A DNA stretch of 64,000 bases from Schmidtea nova (Eukaryota). Position numbers and translations under genes: made by a program. This document shows positions 30,333 to 41,373 of this stretch, piece by piece. The notes below the pieces were generated by a model that worked only from the letters and a program-made list of their open reading frames with translations, was not told where the DNA came from and searched no databases. Location of the stretch: contig CM097882.1 of NCBI GenBank assembly GCA_044892505.1, positions 368,714,001 through 368,778,000 of the forward strand, written 5' to 3'. Within the stretch, counting starts at the first letter, position 1. Each line of letters begins with the position of its first letter.

Positions 30333-31379
30333 ATGGAAAAGATTTGGACCAACCCAAAACACGAAGCAGGTTTCGGTGGAGTCGAAAAGCTAAGCAAAAA
30401 TGTATTGAATTCGAAAAAACAGACTCAAAGTTGGTTATCAGGGCAACTTGCATACAGTCTAAACAAACCGATGCTGAAACGGTTTCCGACTCGAGCATAT
30501 AAAACATATAGAATTAATGATTTGTGGCAAATGGATTTGATGGAAATGATTCCATATTCAAAAATTAACAAGGGATACAAGTATATTTTAACATGTATTG
30601 ATGTTTACAGTCGTTTCGCTCGGGCTATTCCAGTAAAATCTAAATCTGCTAATGATATGGCAATCGCAATCAAAACAATGTTCAAAAGTGGACGTCCAAC
30701 TAATTTACAAACTGATTTGGGTAAGCTAATAAATATTTTAAAAATGATAATTATTTATCTAGGTAAGGAATTTTACAATAGCAAAGTCAAAGAAATTATA
30801 AAGGGAATCAATCATTACTCAGTATTCTCTCAATTCAAAGCCGCTCATGTTGAAAGATTTAATCGTACATTACGAGATCGTCTCAAAAAATATTTTGTGC
30901 ATCAAGGGAATAAAACATGGATTAATATTTTACCACAAATTATTCATAGTTATAATCATTCTGCTCATCGAGGTATAAATGGAAAGAAACCTGCTGAAGT
31001 AGTTGATACTGAAAATATTTTGAGTGATACGAAAATAAAGAAACCTAAATATAAAATAGGTGATCATGTTCTAATTAGTAAAATTAGTGCATCGCCATTC
31101 ATTAAAAATTTTGATAGTAATTGGAGTGATGAGGTATTTAAAATATCGAAAGTCAACACAGTCCAGAATCCTGTCATGTATACTATTTCTGATTTTGATA
31201 ACAATATAGTCAGTGGAAAATTCTATGAACAAGAATTACAAGTTATTCCCCCTCCCACAATATTTAGAATTCAGAAAATATTGAAAACTAAAATGGTCGG
31301 TAAAGATAAACAATACTATGTAAAGTGGCATGGATATAAAGAACCATCATGGATATCGTCAAAAGACCTAGTAAAGTGA
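30333..31379 (+). CDS. Retroviral-type c-integrase with C-terminal chromodomain; 42-nt intron at 30721-30762
   Basis: LWQMDL, IDVYSR, LQTD(L)GKEF after splicing, VERFNRTL, GKFYEQEL, YYVKWHGY..SWI. Confidence 0.93.
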   Translation: MEKIWTNPKHEAGFGGVEKLSKNVLNSKKQTQSWLSGQLAYSLNKPMLKRFPTRAYKTYRINDLWQMDLMEMIPYSKINKGYKYILTCIDVYSRFARAIPVKSKSANDMAIAIKTMFKSGRPTNLQTDLGKLINILKMIIIYLGKEFYNSKVKEIIKGINHYSVFSQFKAAHVERFNRTLRDRLKKYFVHQGNKTWINILPQIIHSYNHSAHRGINGKKPAEVVDTENILSDTKIKKPKYKIGDHVLISKISASPFIKNFDSNWSDEVFKISKVNTVQNPVMYTISDFDNNIVSGKFYEQELQVIPPPTIFRIQKILKTKMVGKDKQYYVKWHGYKEPSWISSKDLVK

Positions 31380-32395
31380 ATTTTTATACTATATTACCAA
31401 GTAATAGCTGTCCACTAATACATCCAGATAATCAAGCCAGTAAATTCATGGTCAATCTTCGAAATCCAATTTATTTAGATGGTAATTGGGAAGTTGCATT
31501 AAAAGATTTCACGTTTGTGTGCAACACATTTCCATTTTATAGTCAATGTAAGATTGATTACAAAAGAATTGAAAATAGAACATGCAGTGGTCTATTCATC
31601 ATCAACAATTTTGAAAGGATATATACTATTCCTAACCAAAATTTGAATGTTCATTGTAGTATGTATTTCAGCAATGGTTGTTTAAATATTAATTGTGAGT
31701 TTACTCCATATACAATTACATTTAAAAATATTGAAGAAGCCAAGCGAATGGGAAGTAATCAACTTAAAATTGTAAGTACACAGAAACAATATCAATTAAA
31801 GTTCATATTATTTGAACCGAATAGTTATTTGAAAGAAGATATTACGGTGAAAATATCTTATGATGCAGAAATTGAAGATACATTTACATTTGCAAATGAT
31901 TTGTATATAATGCAACTGGAAGATTTATCTAAATATTTATCATTAAATTGTTCCCATATCTTTAAAACTCTAGAGATTAATAAATGGTTCCAATTCTGTC
32001 TCAATGATAATATTAGTGAAGTTACATTTGATAAAAACTTGGTCAATACTTTAGGATTAGCTAAACAAACGTATAGAGACCGAAACCTTATCGATGGAAC
32101 TGTGAAACCTAAAATACTTGTTCATCATCAACAAATGTTCATATACAGTAACATTATTGAACCAATAATTGTCGGTGATTCTCTGGTTCCTCTACTGAAA
32201 TCGGTATGGATCGAAAAATATGAACAGGATGAAGTTGTACAAATAGTAATGGATAATCCAATGTACTTACCTATTTCTACCTCATGTATAAACAATATAG
32301 AAATAAATATACGTGACGATAGTGGTAAATTAATAAATTTTCCAAAAGATTCAAAAACGCATTTGACATTACATTTTCGTAAATTAAATGAGTAA
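31349..32395 (+). CDS. Minor capsid (penton-like) protein
   Basis: FYTILPSNS..PDN...F...L..PI.L.G.WEVAL N-terminus; IYSNII...VGD...PLL, IRDDSG, TLHFR C-terminus. Confidence 0.75.
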   Translation: MDIVKRPSKVNFYTILPSNSCPLIHPDNQASKFMVNLRNPIYLDGNWEVALKDFTFVCNTFPFYSQCKIDYKRIENRTCSGLFIINNFERIYTIPNQNLNVHCSMYFSNGCLNINCEFTPYTITFKNIEEAKRMGSNQLKIVSTQKQYQLKFILFEPNSYLKEDITVKISYDAEIEDTFTFANDLYIMQLEDLSKYLSLNCSHIFKTLEINKWFQFCLNDNISEVTFDKNLVNTLGLAKQTYRDRNLIDGTVKPKILVHHQQMFIYSNIIEPIIVGDSLVPLLKSVWIEKYEQDEVVQIVMDNPMYLPISTSCINNIEINIRDDSGKLINFPKDSKTHLTLHFRKLNE

Positions 32396-32753
32396 TCCCG
32401 ATATAATTTCATTGTACAGTAATAGCCAAACCGGTGGCGAATTACCTTATTTTGTAAGTAAACAGTATGGATCAGGTTGGTTGAAAACTATTGGTAGATT
32501 TGCACTTCCAATACTTAAGCGACTAGGCAATTTTGGAATGAAAACGACTAGAGATGTTATCATGAAAGATCAGAAAATATTGCCTTCATTGATAACGAAT
32601 GCTATGGATGCTGTATCAAAGGCGATTCCCTCAATTACAAATATGTTTACAAAAAATGAACCAGAACCTGAAACATTAGAACCAAGACGTAAAAAAGATA
32701 GAAAGCGTATAAACAATCGAATGAAAGGACATGGAACTATATTTGAAGAATGA
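32388..32753 (+). CDS. Conserved small Maverick virion/core-like protein
   Basis: Y..QTGG..PYF...QYGSGW..RFALP motif; basic tail; lies between the capsid genes. Confidence 0.6.
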   Translation: MSNPDIISLYSNSQTGGELPYFVSKQYGSGWLKTIGRFALPILKRLGNFGMKTTRDVIMKDQKILPSLITNAMDAVSKAIPSITNMFTKNEPEPETLEPRRKKDRKRINNRMKGHGTIFEE

Positions 32754-33970
32754 TTTGCGGTAAATCTGAATTATGTCTTTTTGATCGACCATCTCCTCAA
32801 GCAGTTATTGAATATGGGGTGTTTGAAGATGTGTTTCCAATGAAATCCAATACAGATAGTAGAAATGATGTGGAATTTTACATTAACGGTTCTCAAACCG
32901 AATATTTAGATTTGAACGATACTTTATTATCAGTTACTATCAAAGTTGTAGATAAAGATAAAAAACAATTAGCTGATGCTAGTGATGTAGTACCTAATAA
33001 TTACCTGTTTCATACACTTTTCAAAGATGCGATTCTTGGATTTAATAATATTAAAGTTGAAGGTGGAAACAATACATATGCGCACAAGGCAATAATTGAA
33101 ACTATTTTAAATTATACTAGTGATGCAAAAGAAACTTGTCTTACTCCAATGGGATACGGCGCATCTGACGATAGAAAAAAGTGGATTAAAGGATCGAAAC
33201 TTTTCAACATGTGTTCATCATTACAACTCAAATTTTTGGATCAACCTAAATATTTACTTCCTGGAGTTAATGTGCATATTAGATTGAAGCGATCTGATTC
33301 TGCATTATCATTGACATCTACAGCTGGGAAACCAATAATACAAATAGTAGATGCAAAATTAATGGTTCGAAGAGTTCGATGTGAATCTTCAGTATTAGCT
33401 GGACATCAAATTGGATTAAATAACAAACATGCAATTTATCCGATAAAATCTAAAGAAATTGTATCTTTTGCAATCGGTAAAGGGGCATCATCATTTTACA
33501 AGGAGCAAATATTTCGAGATAGAAGAATGCCTAATTTCATTCTTGTAGCTTTTCAAACCGAAAATCAATATAATGGATCTTATTTTGCTTCTTCATCTAC
33601 ATTCAAACATTTCAATGTAACTTCGTTATCTCTGTCAAAAAATACTGATAATCGGGAAACTTATAATCAAGATTTTGAAAATGATAATTTTAGTGCCACA
33701 TATATGCAAAGTCTTGTCCGTAATTTAGGATATTTGGATAAAAACTTGTATTGTGGTATAAGTCTAGATGAATTTAAATCAAGTTATCCATTCTTTACGT
33801 TTGTTCTTGCTCCTGATTTCGATTTGAATCAAAGTCAAATCCCTCAAAATGGAAATTTACGATTAGATATCAAATTTGGTAAAGCCATTGAGGAACCGGT
33901 TCATGTAATAATATATGGAGTTTTTGAAAATGAAATCCAAATTACTGCAAATCGAACAGTATTAGTTTGA
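32750..33970 (+). CDS. Major capsid protein (double jelly-roll, Polinton PY-type)
   Basis: KSELCLF..P..Q N-terminus, YLDLNDT, YAHKA.IETILNY, Q.KYLLPGV, F.HFNV, G.LRL.IKF. Confidence 0.85.
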   Translation: MICGKSELCLFDRPSPQAVIEYGVFEDVFPMKSNTDSRNDVEFYINGSQTEYLDLNDTLLSVTIKVVDKDKKQLADASDVVPNNYLFHTLFKDAILGFNNIKVEGGNNTYAHKAIIETILNYTSDAKETCLTPMGYGASDDRKKWIKGSKLFNMCSSLQLKFLDQPKYLLPGVNVHIRLKRSDSALSLTSTAGKPIIQIVDAKLMVRRVRCESSVLAGHQIGLNNKHAIYPIKSKEIVSFAIGKGASSFYKEQIFRDRRMPNFILVAFQTENQYNGSYFASSSTFKHFNVTSLSLSKNTDNRETYNQDFENDNFSATYMQSLVRNLGYLDKNLYCGISLDEFKSSYPFFTFVLAPDFDLNQSQIPQNGNLRLDIKFGKAIEEPVHVIIYGVFENEIQITANRTVLV

Positions 33971-34027
33971 GTACTGGTTTGAACTCTTATAGGTATAAAT
34001 GAACCAAATCACTATAGTAAAATTATC

Positions 34028-34410
34028 ATGGAGTAAGATTTTAATTTGTAAAAATAATTAATTAAATTAGTTCAATTCAGGTATATAGACTTGGCAAAAA
34101 ATTATTGGAAAATCAATTTATTGGAGTTTATCCCTTAGATAAAATTCCTTATCTGGATGTTAATCAAGCTATTATCGTAAATACTCAGACATCTACTTTA
34201 GGTGGTGAACATTGGATTGCTGTTTACGTTAAACCAGATCGAATATATGCATTTGATCCATTTGGATGTTATTATCCCAATTTATTAGTTAGTAAATTGC
34301 AAACTTTGGGTAAACCCATTGTATACAATAGAATTCGATATCAACATCCATTAACAATTACTTGTGGTCAACATTGTCTTGCATGGTTATTATCCATGTT
34401 AAATGTATAA
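34028..34410 (+). CDS. Adenain-like cysteine protease; 38-nt intron at 34033-34070
   Basis: Spliced MDSIQV..FIGVYP.D, IVNT, GEHW, FDPFG, Q....TCGQHC. Confidence 0.88.
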
Positions 34411-34442
34411 ACAATTTAATAAAAACAAAATTTAGTATAAAA

Positions 34443-34829
34443 ATGACTTGTTATTTTATTGATTTTATAGGAATTTACGATAATGGAAGATTAATTATTA
34501 ATGAATTATGTATTATAAACGTTAATAATATTTTTAGACCTAAATATTACATATATAATAAAGTTTGTAGTGAGTGGTATGAGGAGGAAGATTACTTTTG
34601 TCCAACATGTATTATGAAAGATATTGAAGATACCAGTGCTATTTTCTTTGTCATGGATATAGATAAACTTATTGCTTTGAAGAAATATTTTCCCACTTTG
34701 AGATTAATCAAATATAATTTAAAAGAAATTGATGCAGTTCCTGATAATATTTCTTGTCCATATCGAGATCATAATATATGTGCCTATAAAGGATGTTTGG
34801 TCGGCGCTATTGATTATTTAAAAGAATAA
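34443..34829 (+). CDS. Hypothetical Cys-rich protein, possibly a degenerate DEDD-nuclease-like Maverick accessory
   Basis: YFIDFIG....IINELCI N-terminus; C..HN.CA C-terminus. Confidence 0.4.
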   Translation: MTCYFIDFIGIYDNGRLIINELCIINVNNIFRPKYYIYNKVCSEWYEEEDYFCPTCIMKDIEDTSAIFFVMDIDKLIALKKYFPTLRLIKYNLKEIDAVPDNISCPYRDHNICAYKGCLVGAIDYLKE

Positions 34830-36739
34830 ATGTATTAATTATTAATGTCTTTTATTATTTAATAAATTTATTTCATTGTATTAATGTCTTTTATTATTAT
34901 TTAATAACTATTATTATTTAATTAATATTATTATTTGCTAACTAACAAAGTTAACAAAGACTAGATAAAGTCGACAATGACGTCAGAGGTCATGAACTCA
35001 CATGTCTTTATGAATTCACATGGAAACTGACATGACATCATATGTTATATTGACACACATACTAATATTATAAACACGTCAGTGTAATAACCATAAAGAA
35101 ATATATGTGTGCGTATATTTCTCTCACCTAAAACAGATTTGATTGGTCGGTTAATAACCGTTGAAATATTTTAGATATATACACTATCTTTTCATTTTTT
35201 CATCACTTTTTAACAACCAATTTTACGATTTCATTCAATTTAATTTAATCAACATGATGAATAACATTAAAAATATGACTAAGAAGAATGTCGCCGCCAT
35301 GGGTAATTTTATTTTTTATTTTAATATATTATCTTTATATTATTTCAATTTTCAGTAGCTTCGAATGGTTCCAAGTTGAAGTATGAAGCCCCAGCGAATA
35401 TTGTTTTAGGGCAAAATAATATATTTTTATTATTATTACAATATATTTTTTCATAATATATTTTTTAGAAATAAGAACTGTTAATTCTAATTTATTGAGA
35501 TCTTTTGATCATAATCTTCGTCGACGAATTTTCCCCACAGATATTGATGAATCATTGACTAGTGGTAAATAATTGTTTTATATTTATTATGTTGTAATAT
35601 ATTTTAATTTAGAAATTGTATATAATAAGCATGGAGATTCGTCCAAGACATCAATGGAGATAACTTCAATCATGTTATCGAATATCGATTCAAACAATAT
35701 GCCTGAGAAAATTCATAATGAAAGAGGATCAGATGAAATCCATGCCACTGATGATATTTTAATGTCTGATGAAAATTTGAGCGAAATAAATGACTCGCTA
35801 AAATGTAAGTATTTGTTAAATTGTTTAAAATTTATATTTAAATTATAAACATTTTTAATATATTTTTTACATTATTTGAATAAATACTTTTTGAATAAAT
35901 ACAAAAATATTAAATTTTAATAATAATATACAATATTTATACAATATTTATACAATATTTAAAAAATTTAGAAATTAAACATATTTAAAAAATTTAGAAA
36001 TTAAACATATTGTAATTTATATTAAAATTATTTATTAAAAATATTATTCTAATTAATAATAATTTAAATACTTTTTAATAATATAAATTTCAATATTTAA
36101 TCATATAGTAAGAAAAATACTATTTTATTTTAATGTTTGTGATTGATAATAATAATATTTACCTTAATCTTTCTCTGTTTATTTTAGAAAACTTTAATAA
36201 TAATAATAATAAATTATTTTAAATATTTGTCGATTTATTATAGTACATAGGTTACTATAATAATTCTTCAAATATTAAGAATAATTTATATAATTTTATA
36301 TCGATTTTTTATATTATTATTTTATATTATTATTTTATATTATTTTAAATTTGCCTTGTACATTCAGGCTCTTTATATGATAATTATTGCCACTCATCGG
36401 GCAAACACGGTCTACAATGTCATCAACTTATAACAATTTATTATCGTTATAAGTTCAATGGCATTGTCTTTTATATTTGCCCTAAATGCGAGACTTCCCA
36501 ACCCATCTCCTATTCTGATTTTTATGCTCAACATCACGTTCATCTTTCGCAATTTTTTAAATCTAAAAAATAATTTTTAAACTTAATTCTGAGACTTCAA
36601 ACATCTCTTCTTTGAAAAAATCTGTTAAAGTTGACTTAACTAAGTCTTCAACTCGTTTAAATAATAATAATAATAAATTACTAAATAACTTATTAAATAC
36701 TACCAATATATAAATAATTAATCAAAATAATAAAATTAA

Positions 36740-39712
36740 AAATATCAAAAAACGGACTGCTGATACCATAAAATTTATTGCCCCCAAGAAAAATAAACCT
36801 GAAATAATTATTTTAAGCGACGACGATGAAATTGTTATAAATAATCAAATAGGGGGTTCAATTAATATAAATGATGAGCCTGTAATCGAAAAAGATTTAA
36901 AAGGATCTCGACGATCATTAACTTTTAACGTTGAGTCCCATAATATAAATCAAATTGCTGTAACAGAAAAAATTTCTGAACGGTTAAATAAAGAAATATG
37001 AAAAATGGGGAATGTAAAAATTCAATTCGCGCTTAATATACAGTTTGAAAAAGATGGGGTGTTAAAAAATGAGTTTTTATCTAACAATGCAGAAATTTTT
37101 TCAGATAATTTTTTAATAGAGGGTATTAGGAAATTAAACAATAAAATTGAAAATTTCACACAGATGGGTAGCGGCTGGATTGTAAACAAAATACGGGAAA
37201 TCCATTTTATTTTAACAAAGTATCCCACCATGAGTCGATTATCTGGACATGGACATTTTAAAACCCCATCGAACAAAATTAAATAATTATAACCCCATTT
37301 ATCTTTTATTATTAGAAAATGAGGGCATTTACCACTATACGGCAGTCATTAATCTACAAAGGTTAATGAAATGTCATAAAAATAATTTAATTAACAGTAG
37401 GATTCAATCTTTATGGTGTCCTAGATGTTTAAATGGTTTCCGTAGTCAGGAAACCTTTGACAAGCATTTTAATTTATGTAGGAAGAATCAAATAGGAACT
37501 ACCCTTTATAGTTTACCTAAAAATAAAAATCTAGAATTTGGGGATTACTCGAAAACTGTAACCCCGCCATTTGTAATATATGGCGACTTCGAGTCAATTT
37601 TACCAATTGATGACCGTTATCACCAAAAACATTTGCCGGTATCAGCAGGATTATTACTTTTAAATAATTTAAATAATACAAAATCATATTTCGAATTTAT
37701 AGGTATTGAATGTGTAATACAATTTTTAAAGAAAGTGGAGGAAATTGCTGTCACAATTGTCCTGCCTTATTACGACATTCATGGAAATGCTCCGTTGCAG
37801 ACATTATCTTTTTCTGAGGAACAATCTTTTCGATCTTGCTTGAATTGTTTTCTTTGTAAGAAACCCATTAGGAATCGAATTAGGGCAGCATGTAAAATCT
37901 GCAATAATACTAGACGAATTCGTAAACATTTGCCTGTAATCTTTTATAATTTGAGAGGTTATGATCTACATCATATTTTGAAGTATGGTCTGTCTGATTT
38001 CCCCTTATGGGAATTAGATATTATTCCAACAACTACAGAGAAATTTATTTGTCTTATAGCTAATATTAATAAGCTTGCTGTTAGGTTTATTGATAGTTAT
38101 CAATTTGTAACAGCTTCCTTGGATAAAGCAGTAAAAACGCTGTCCGTTTTTCCTCTTACATCATCCGTTTTCACTGGCTCTATCATGAATTGTAAGGGCA
38201 TTTTTCCATTTAATTTTGCTACCAGTCTTGAGATTTTAGAGAATACTTTTGAGTTGCTACCAATTTGGGAGGAAGTAACTGAGACTCAATATATAAAAGC
38301 TCAAGAAATCTGGCGCGAAAATAACTGTAGAAATTTACTTGACTACATGATGGTCTACCTAAAATTAGACGTATTTCTCCTCGCAGATTTTTTCCAACAA
38401 TTCCGAGCTAAGTCTATTGTACACAATGGCTTAGATCCTTTGAATTTATATGGAATTCCCGGTATGTCATGGGCTTCAGCGCTCATGTCATTAAAGGAAC
38501 CTATAGAACTTCTTCAGGATATGGAAATGTATAATTTCTACGAAGGAGGAATACGGGGTGGATTGACATTTGTCAATAAACATTACCTTAAAGCGTCAGA
38601 TGATACTGAACTTTTATATATAGATATCAATAATTTATATGGTTGGGCTCTTAGCCAAAGTCTTCCTTTCGGTGATTTCAGGTGGGTGCATAACAATCTT
38701 GAAGATATTTTGACTGAGTGCATGTCGACAGATATTGATGATCTTTCATATGGTTACACTATGGAAGTTGACATTTATATTCCTGAAAACTTGCATGTGT
38801 TTCTGGATGATTTTCCTCTTGCTCCGGAAAAGATGCACCCACCATTCTCAAAAGTTGAGAAGTTAATGCTCACGCATTATCCGAAGTATAACTATGTTAT
38901 ACATTGGAGACTTCTCAAGATGTTTGTGTCTCTTGGGGCTAAAATTTCTAAAATTCATAGAGCAATTAGATTTAAACAATCTAAAATCTTTAAGGATTAT
39001 ATCGACGCTAATACTGAGTTTAGAGCAAACTCGAGTAATGAACTTATATCGGTTATATCAGTCAAACGGTACTAGATCTATCTAAACTGCGGATGTATCA
39101 GCTGCAATATATTGAATTGCAGAAATATAGGGATCTCTTTGATTGCACTATAGGCATTGTTGCTGGCGACACTGACTCGTTCTTTCTTGAGGTTAAAACT
39201 GTAAACTTACCACACTTTTACCGGCTATGATTTCAGATTGTCTTTTAGATACATCTAACTATGATCGCGACCATCATTTATATTCACGACATCTTGACTC
39301 GGTTATAGGTAAATTTAAAGATGAAAGTAAGGGTAATGAATATAAGGAATGGGTTTTCTTACGCCCGAAATGTTATAGCCTTCTTGGTGATTTTGAATTA
39401 AATAAAGCCAAGGGGATTCAACTTAAAGGCACAAACATCAATCATTAATCTTATATTGATTGTTATCTTAATGACCGGATTTTCACTGTACCACAAACTC
39501 GTATAGGGACTAAGAATCACCAGCTCTTTACGATTAAAAATAATAAGATTGCTCTTACCAATAACGACGATAAGCGCCATTGGGTTGGGAGGAATGAAAG
39601 TCTTGCATTTGGGCATTATTTAGGAGTCAATGCCTGGACTGATGGCGATAATAATCCACCCGAAGAATTGCCAGATCCTCAATCAATACAGATGGAACAA
39701 GATTCTTGGTGA
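36740..39712 (+). pseudogene. Protein-primed DNA polymerase B, copy 2, with internal deletions and frameshifts
   Basis: GSGW, CPRCLNGF, PFVIYGDFES, FYNLRGYD, RFIDS, YLKLDV, YIDINNLYG, GDTDS, GKFKDE, LRPKCY, DDKR; the KLxxNSLYGK motif is deleted near 39040. Confidence 0.92.
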
Positions 39713-40155
39713 CAATAGAGTTTTCCAAAAATAAAAGATTTCTATTATTATATATTTGGTTATTTTTAAAGTTTTTTATTGTTTGTTTGTTTTATATAGG
39801 AACCAGTGTAAATATTAAATGTTTTTATATAGGGACTAGTATCATTTTTCAATTCATAATCGTTTGGTATTATTTTATNNNNNNNNNNNNNNNNNNNNNN
39901 NNNNNNNNNNNNNNNNNNNNNNNNNNNNNNNNNNNNNNNNNNNNNNNNNNNNNNNNNNNNNNNNNNNNNNNNNNNNNNNNNNNNNNNNNNNNNNNNNNNN
40001 NNNNNNNNNNNNNNNNNNNNNNNNNNNNNNNNNNNNNNNNNNNNNNNNNNNNNNNNNNNNNNNNNNNNNNNNNNNNNNNNNNNNNNNNNNNNNNNNNNNN
40101 NNNNNNNNNNNNNNNNNNNNNNNNNNNNNNNNNNNNNNNNNNNNNNNNNNNNNNN

Positions 40156-40937
40156 TTAATCATTGTTTTTTCTGTGCAGAAGTTTTTTATCTTCGTTCTT
40201 GGGGTTATCTTTTTGTTGTATATAATTTCACCGTTGTACTTTCTTATACATACTTCTACTGGTCGCTTGTTGTCATTTTTATCAATTGCAAATTTTGCAT
40301 CCATGAACATAATTAGTTGGTGTCTCTCTTCTGTGGATAATTCATTGTGTGTGAAAGATATTTTTTCATTTATCCAGCTTTGATCGTACCAAGGTTTTGA
40401 AGGGATTGGCGGCATTGATTGGAATGGATTTGATATCAGAGGGATATAGAGTATCTCGATTCCTATGACACACGGTAAGTTGTTCATTTGGATTATGAGG
40501 TGATTAAAATCTTCTGGCATACTTCTGTTGTTTGTAATTGTTTTGATGATGATTGAACAATTACTTGTTGTGATTATTGGTACTTTATGTTGGCAAATTG
40601 ATACCTCGGTTTTTGTCATGTGGAATAGGATTCTATGTGATACCTTTTTTCCTTCGATTACCGCTTTGTCGACATTAAGATGTTTTTCAAATGTGCCGAT
40701 TAGGTCTTTTAGTTTTGTTCGTCGAGCTTCATTAAATTTGATAATGTGTAGTTCTCTTTCTTCAATTTCCACTTTCATATCATTTGGGATGCATACTTGA
40801 TTTGGGAAGCTTCTGATTGTGATTGGATTTCCATCGGTACATATTTTATTTTGTAGGGTTTTGTAAAAGTTTAGAGGGTGTTTGTTGATCATAGCTACAT
40901 AGTTCATAGATCGAGAATAATTTGGCTCTGATTGCAT
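40156..40937 (-). CDS. Extra 3' ORF ending in a DEDDh (REX4/ISG20-like) exonuclease-like segment, cut by gap
   Basis: IMFMDAKF..PVEVCIRKYNGEIIYNKKITP..IKNFCTEKTMI resembles ExoI and following strands; expected Glu is Lys. Confidence 0.5.
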
Positions 40938-40953
40938 TGTTAATTGAAGACAC

Positions 40954-41106
40954 AAGAATCGGGATATTGATTGATAAGTTAGTAAACAATAAAACACTAA
41001 GAATCGGGATATTGATTGATAAGTTAGTAAACGATAAAACACTAAGAATCGGGATATTGATTGATAAGTTAGTAAACGATAAAACACTAAGAATATAGAT
41101 TGATAA
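40954..41106. repeat. 45-bp tandem repeat, about 3.4 copies
   Basis: AAGAATCGGGATATTGATTGATAAGTTAGTAAACRATAAAACACT. Confidence 0.9.
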
Positions 41107-41373
41107 TGAGATCGAGATATGATTTTACGACTTGATTTGTGATTGGATTGAAAATTGGAACGATTTGATTGGGAGTTGGTTTGATTGTTTTGATTGTGCT
41201 GAGGATTTGATGTAAAACTGGCTTTATTGGGTTGTTTGTCAAATGGGTGACTTGTTTTTCTAAAAATAAAATGTAAATTTTTATGTTGAGAGCGTATTTC
41301 AGGTTTAACCTTATACGCTATTTTATAGATACAGATATATGTGATTTTAATATATATTATTGACCAATTTAAC

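Larger units (their letters stand above)
27003..39878 (+). mobile_element. Maverick/Polinton (adintovirus-like) element, partly decayed; boundaries uncertain
   Basis: Co-oriented ATPase, GGF protein, integrase, minor and major capsid, cysteine protease, pPolB. Confidence 0.9.
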
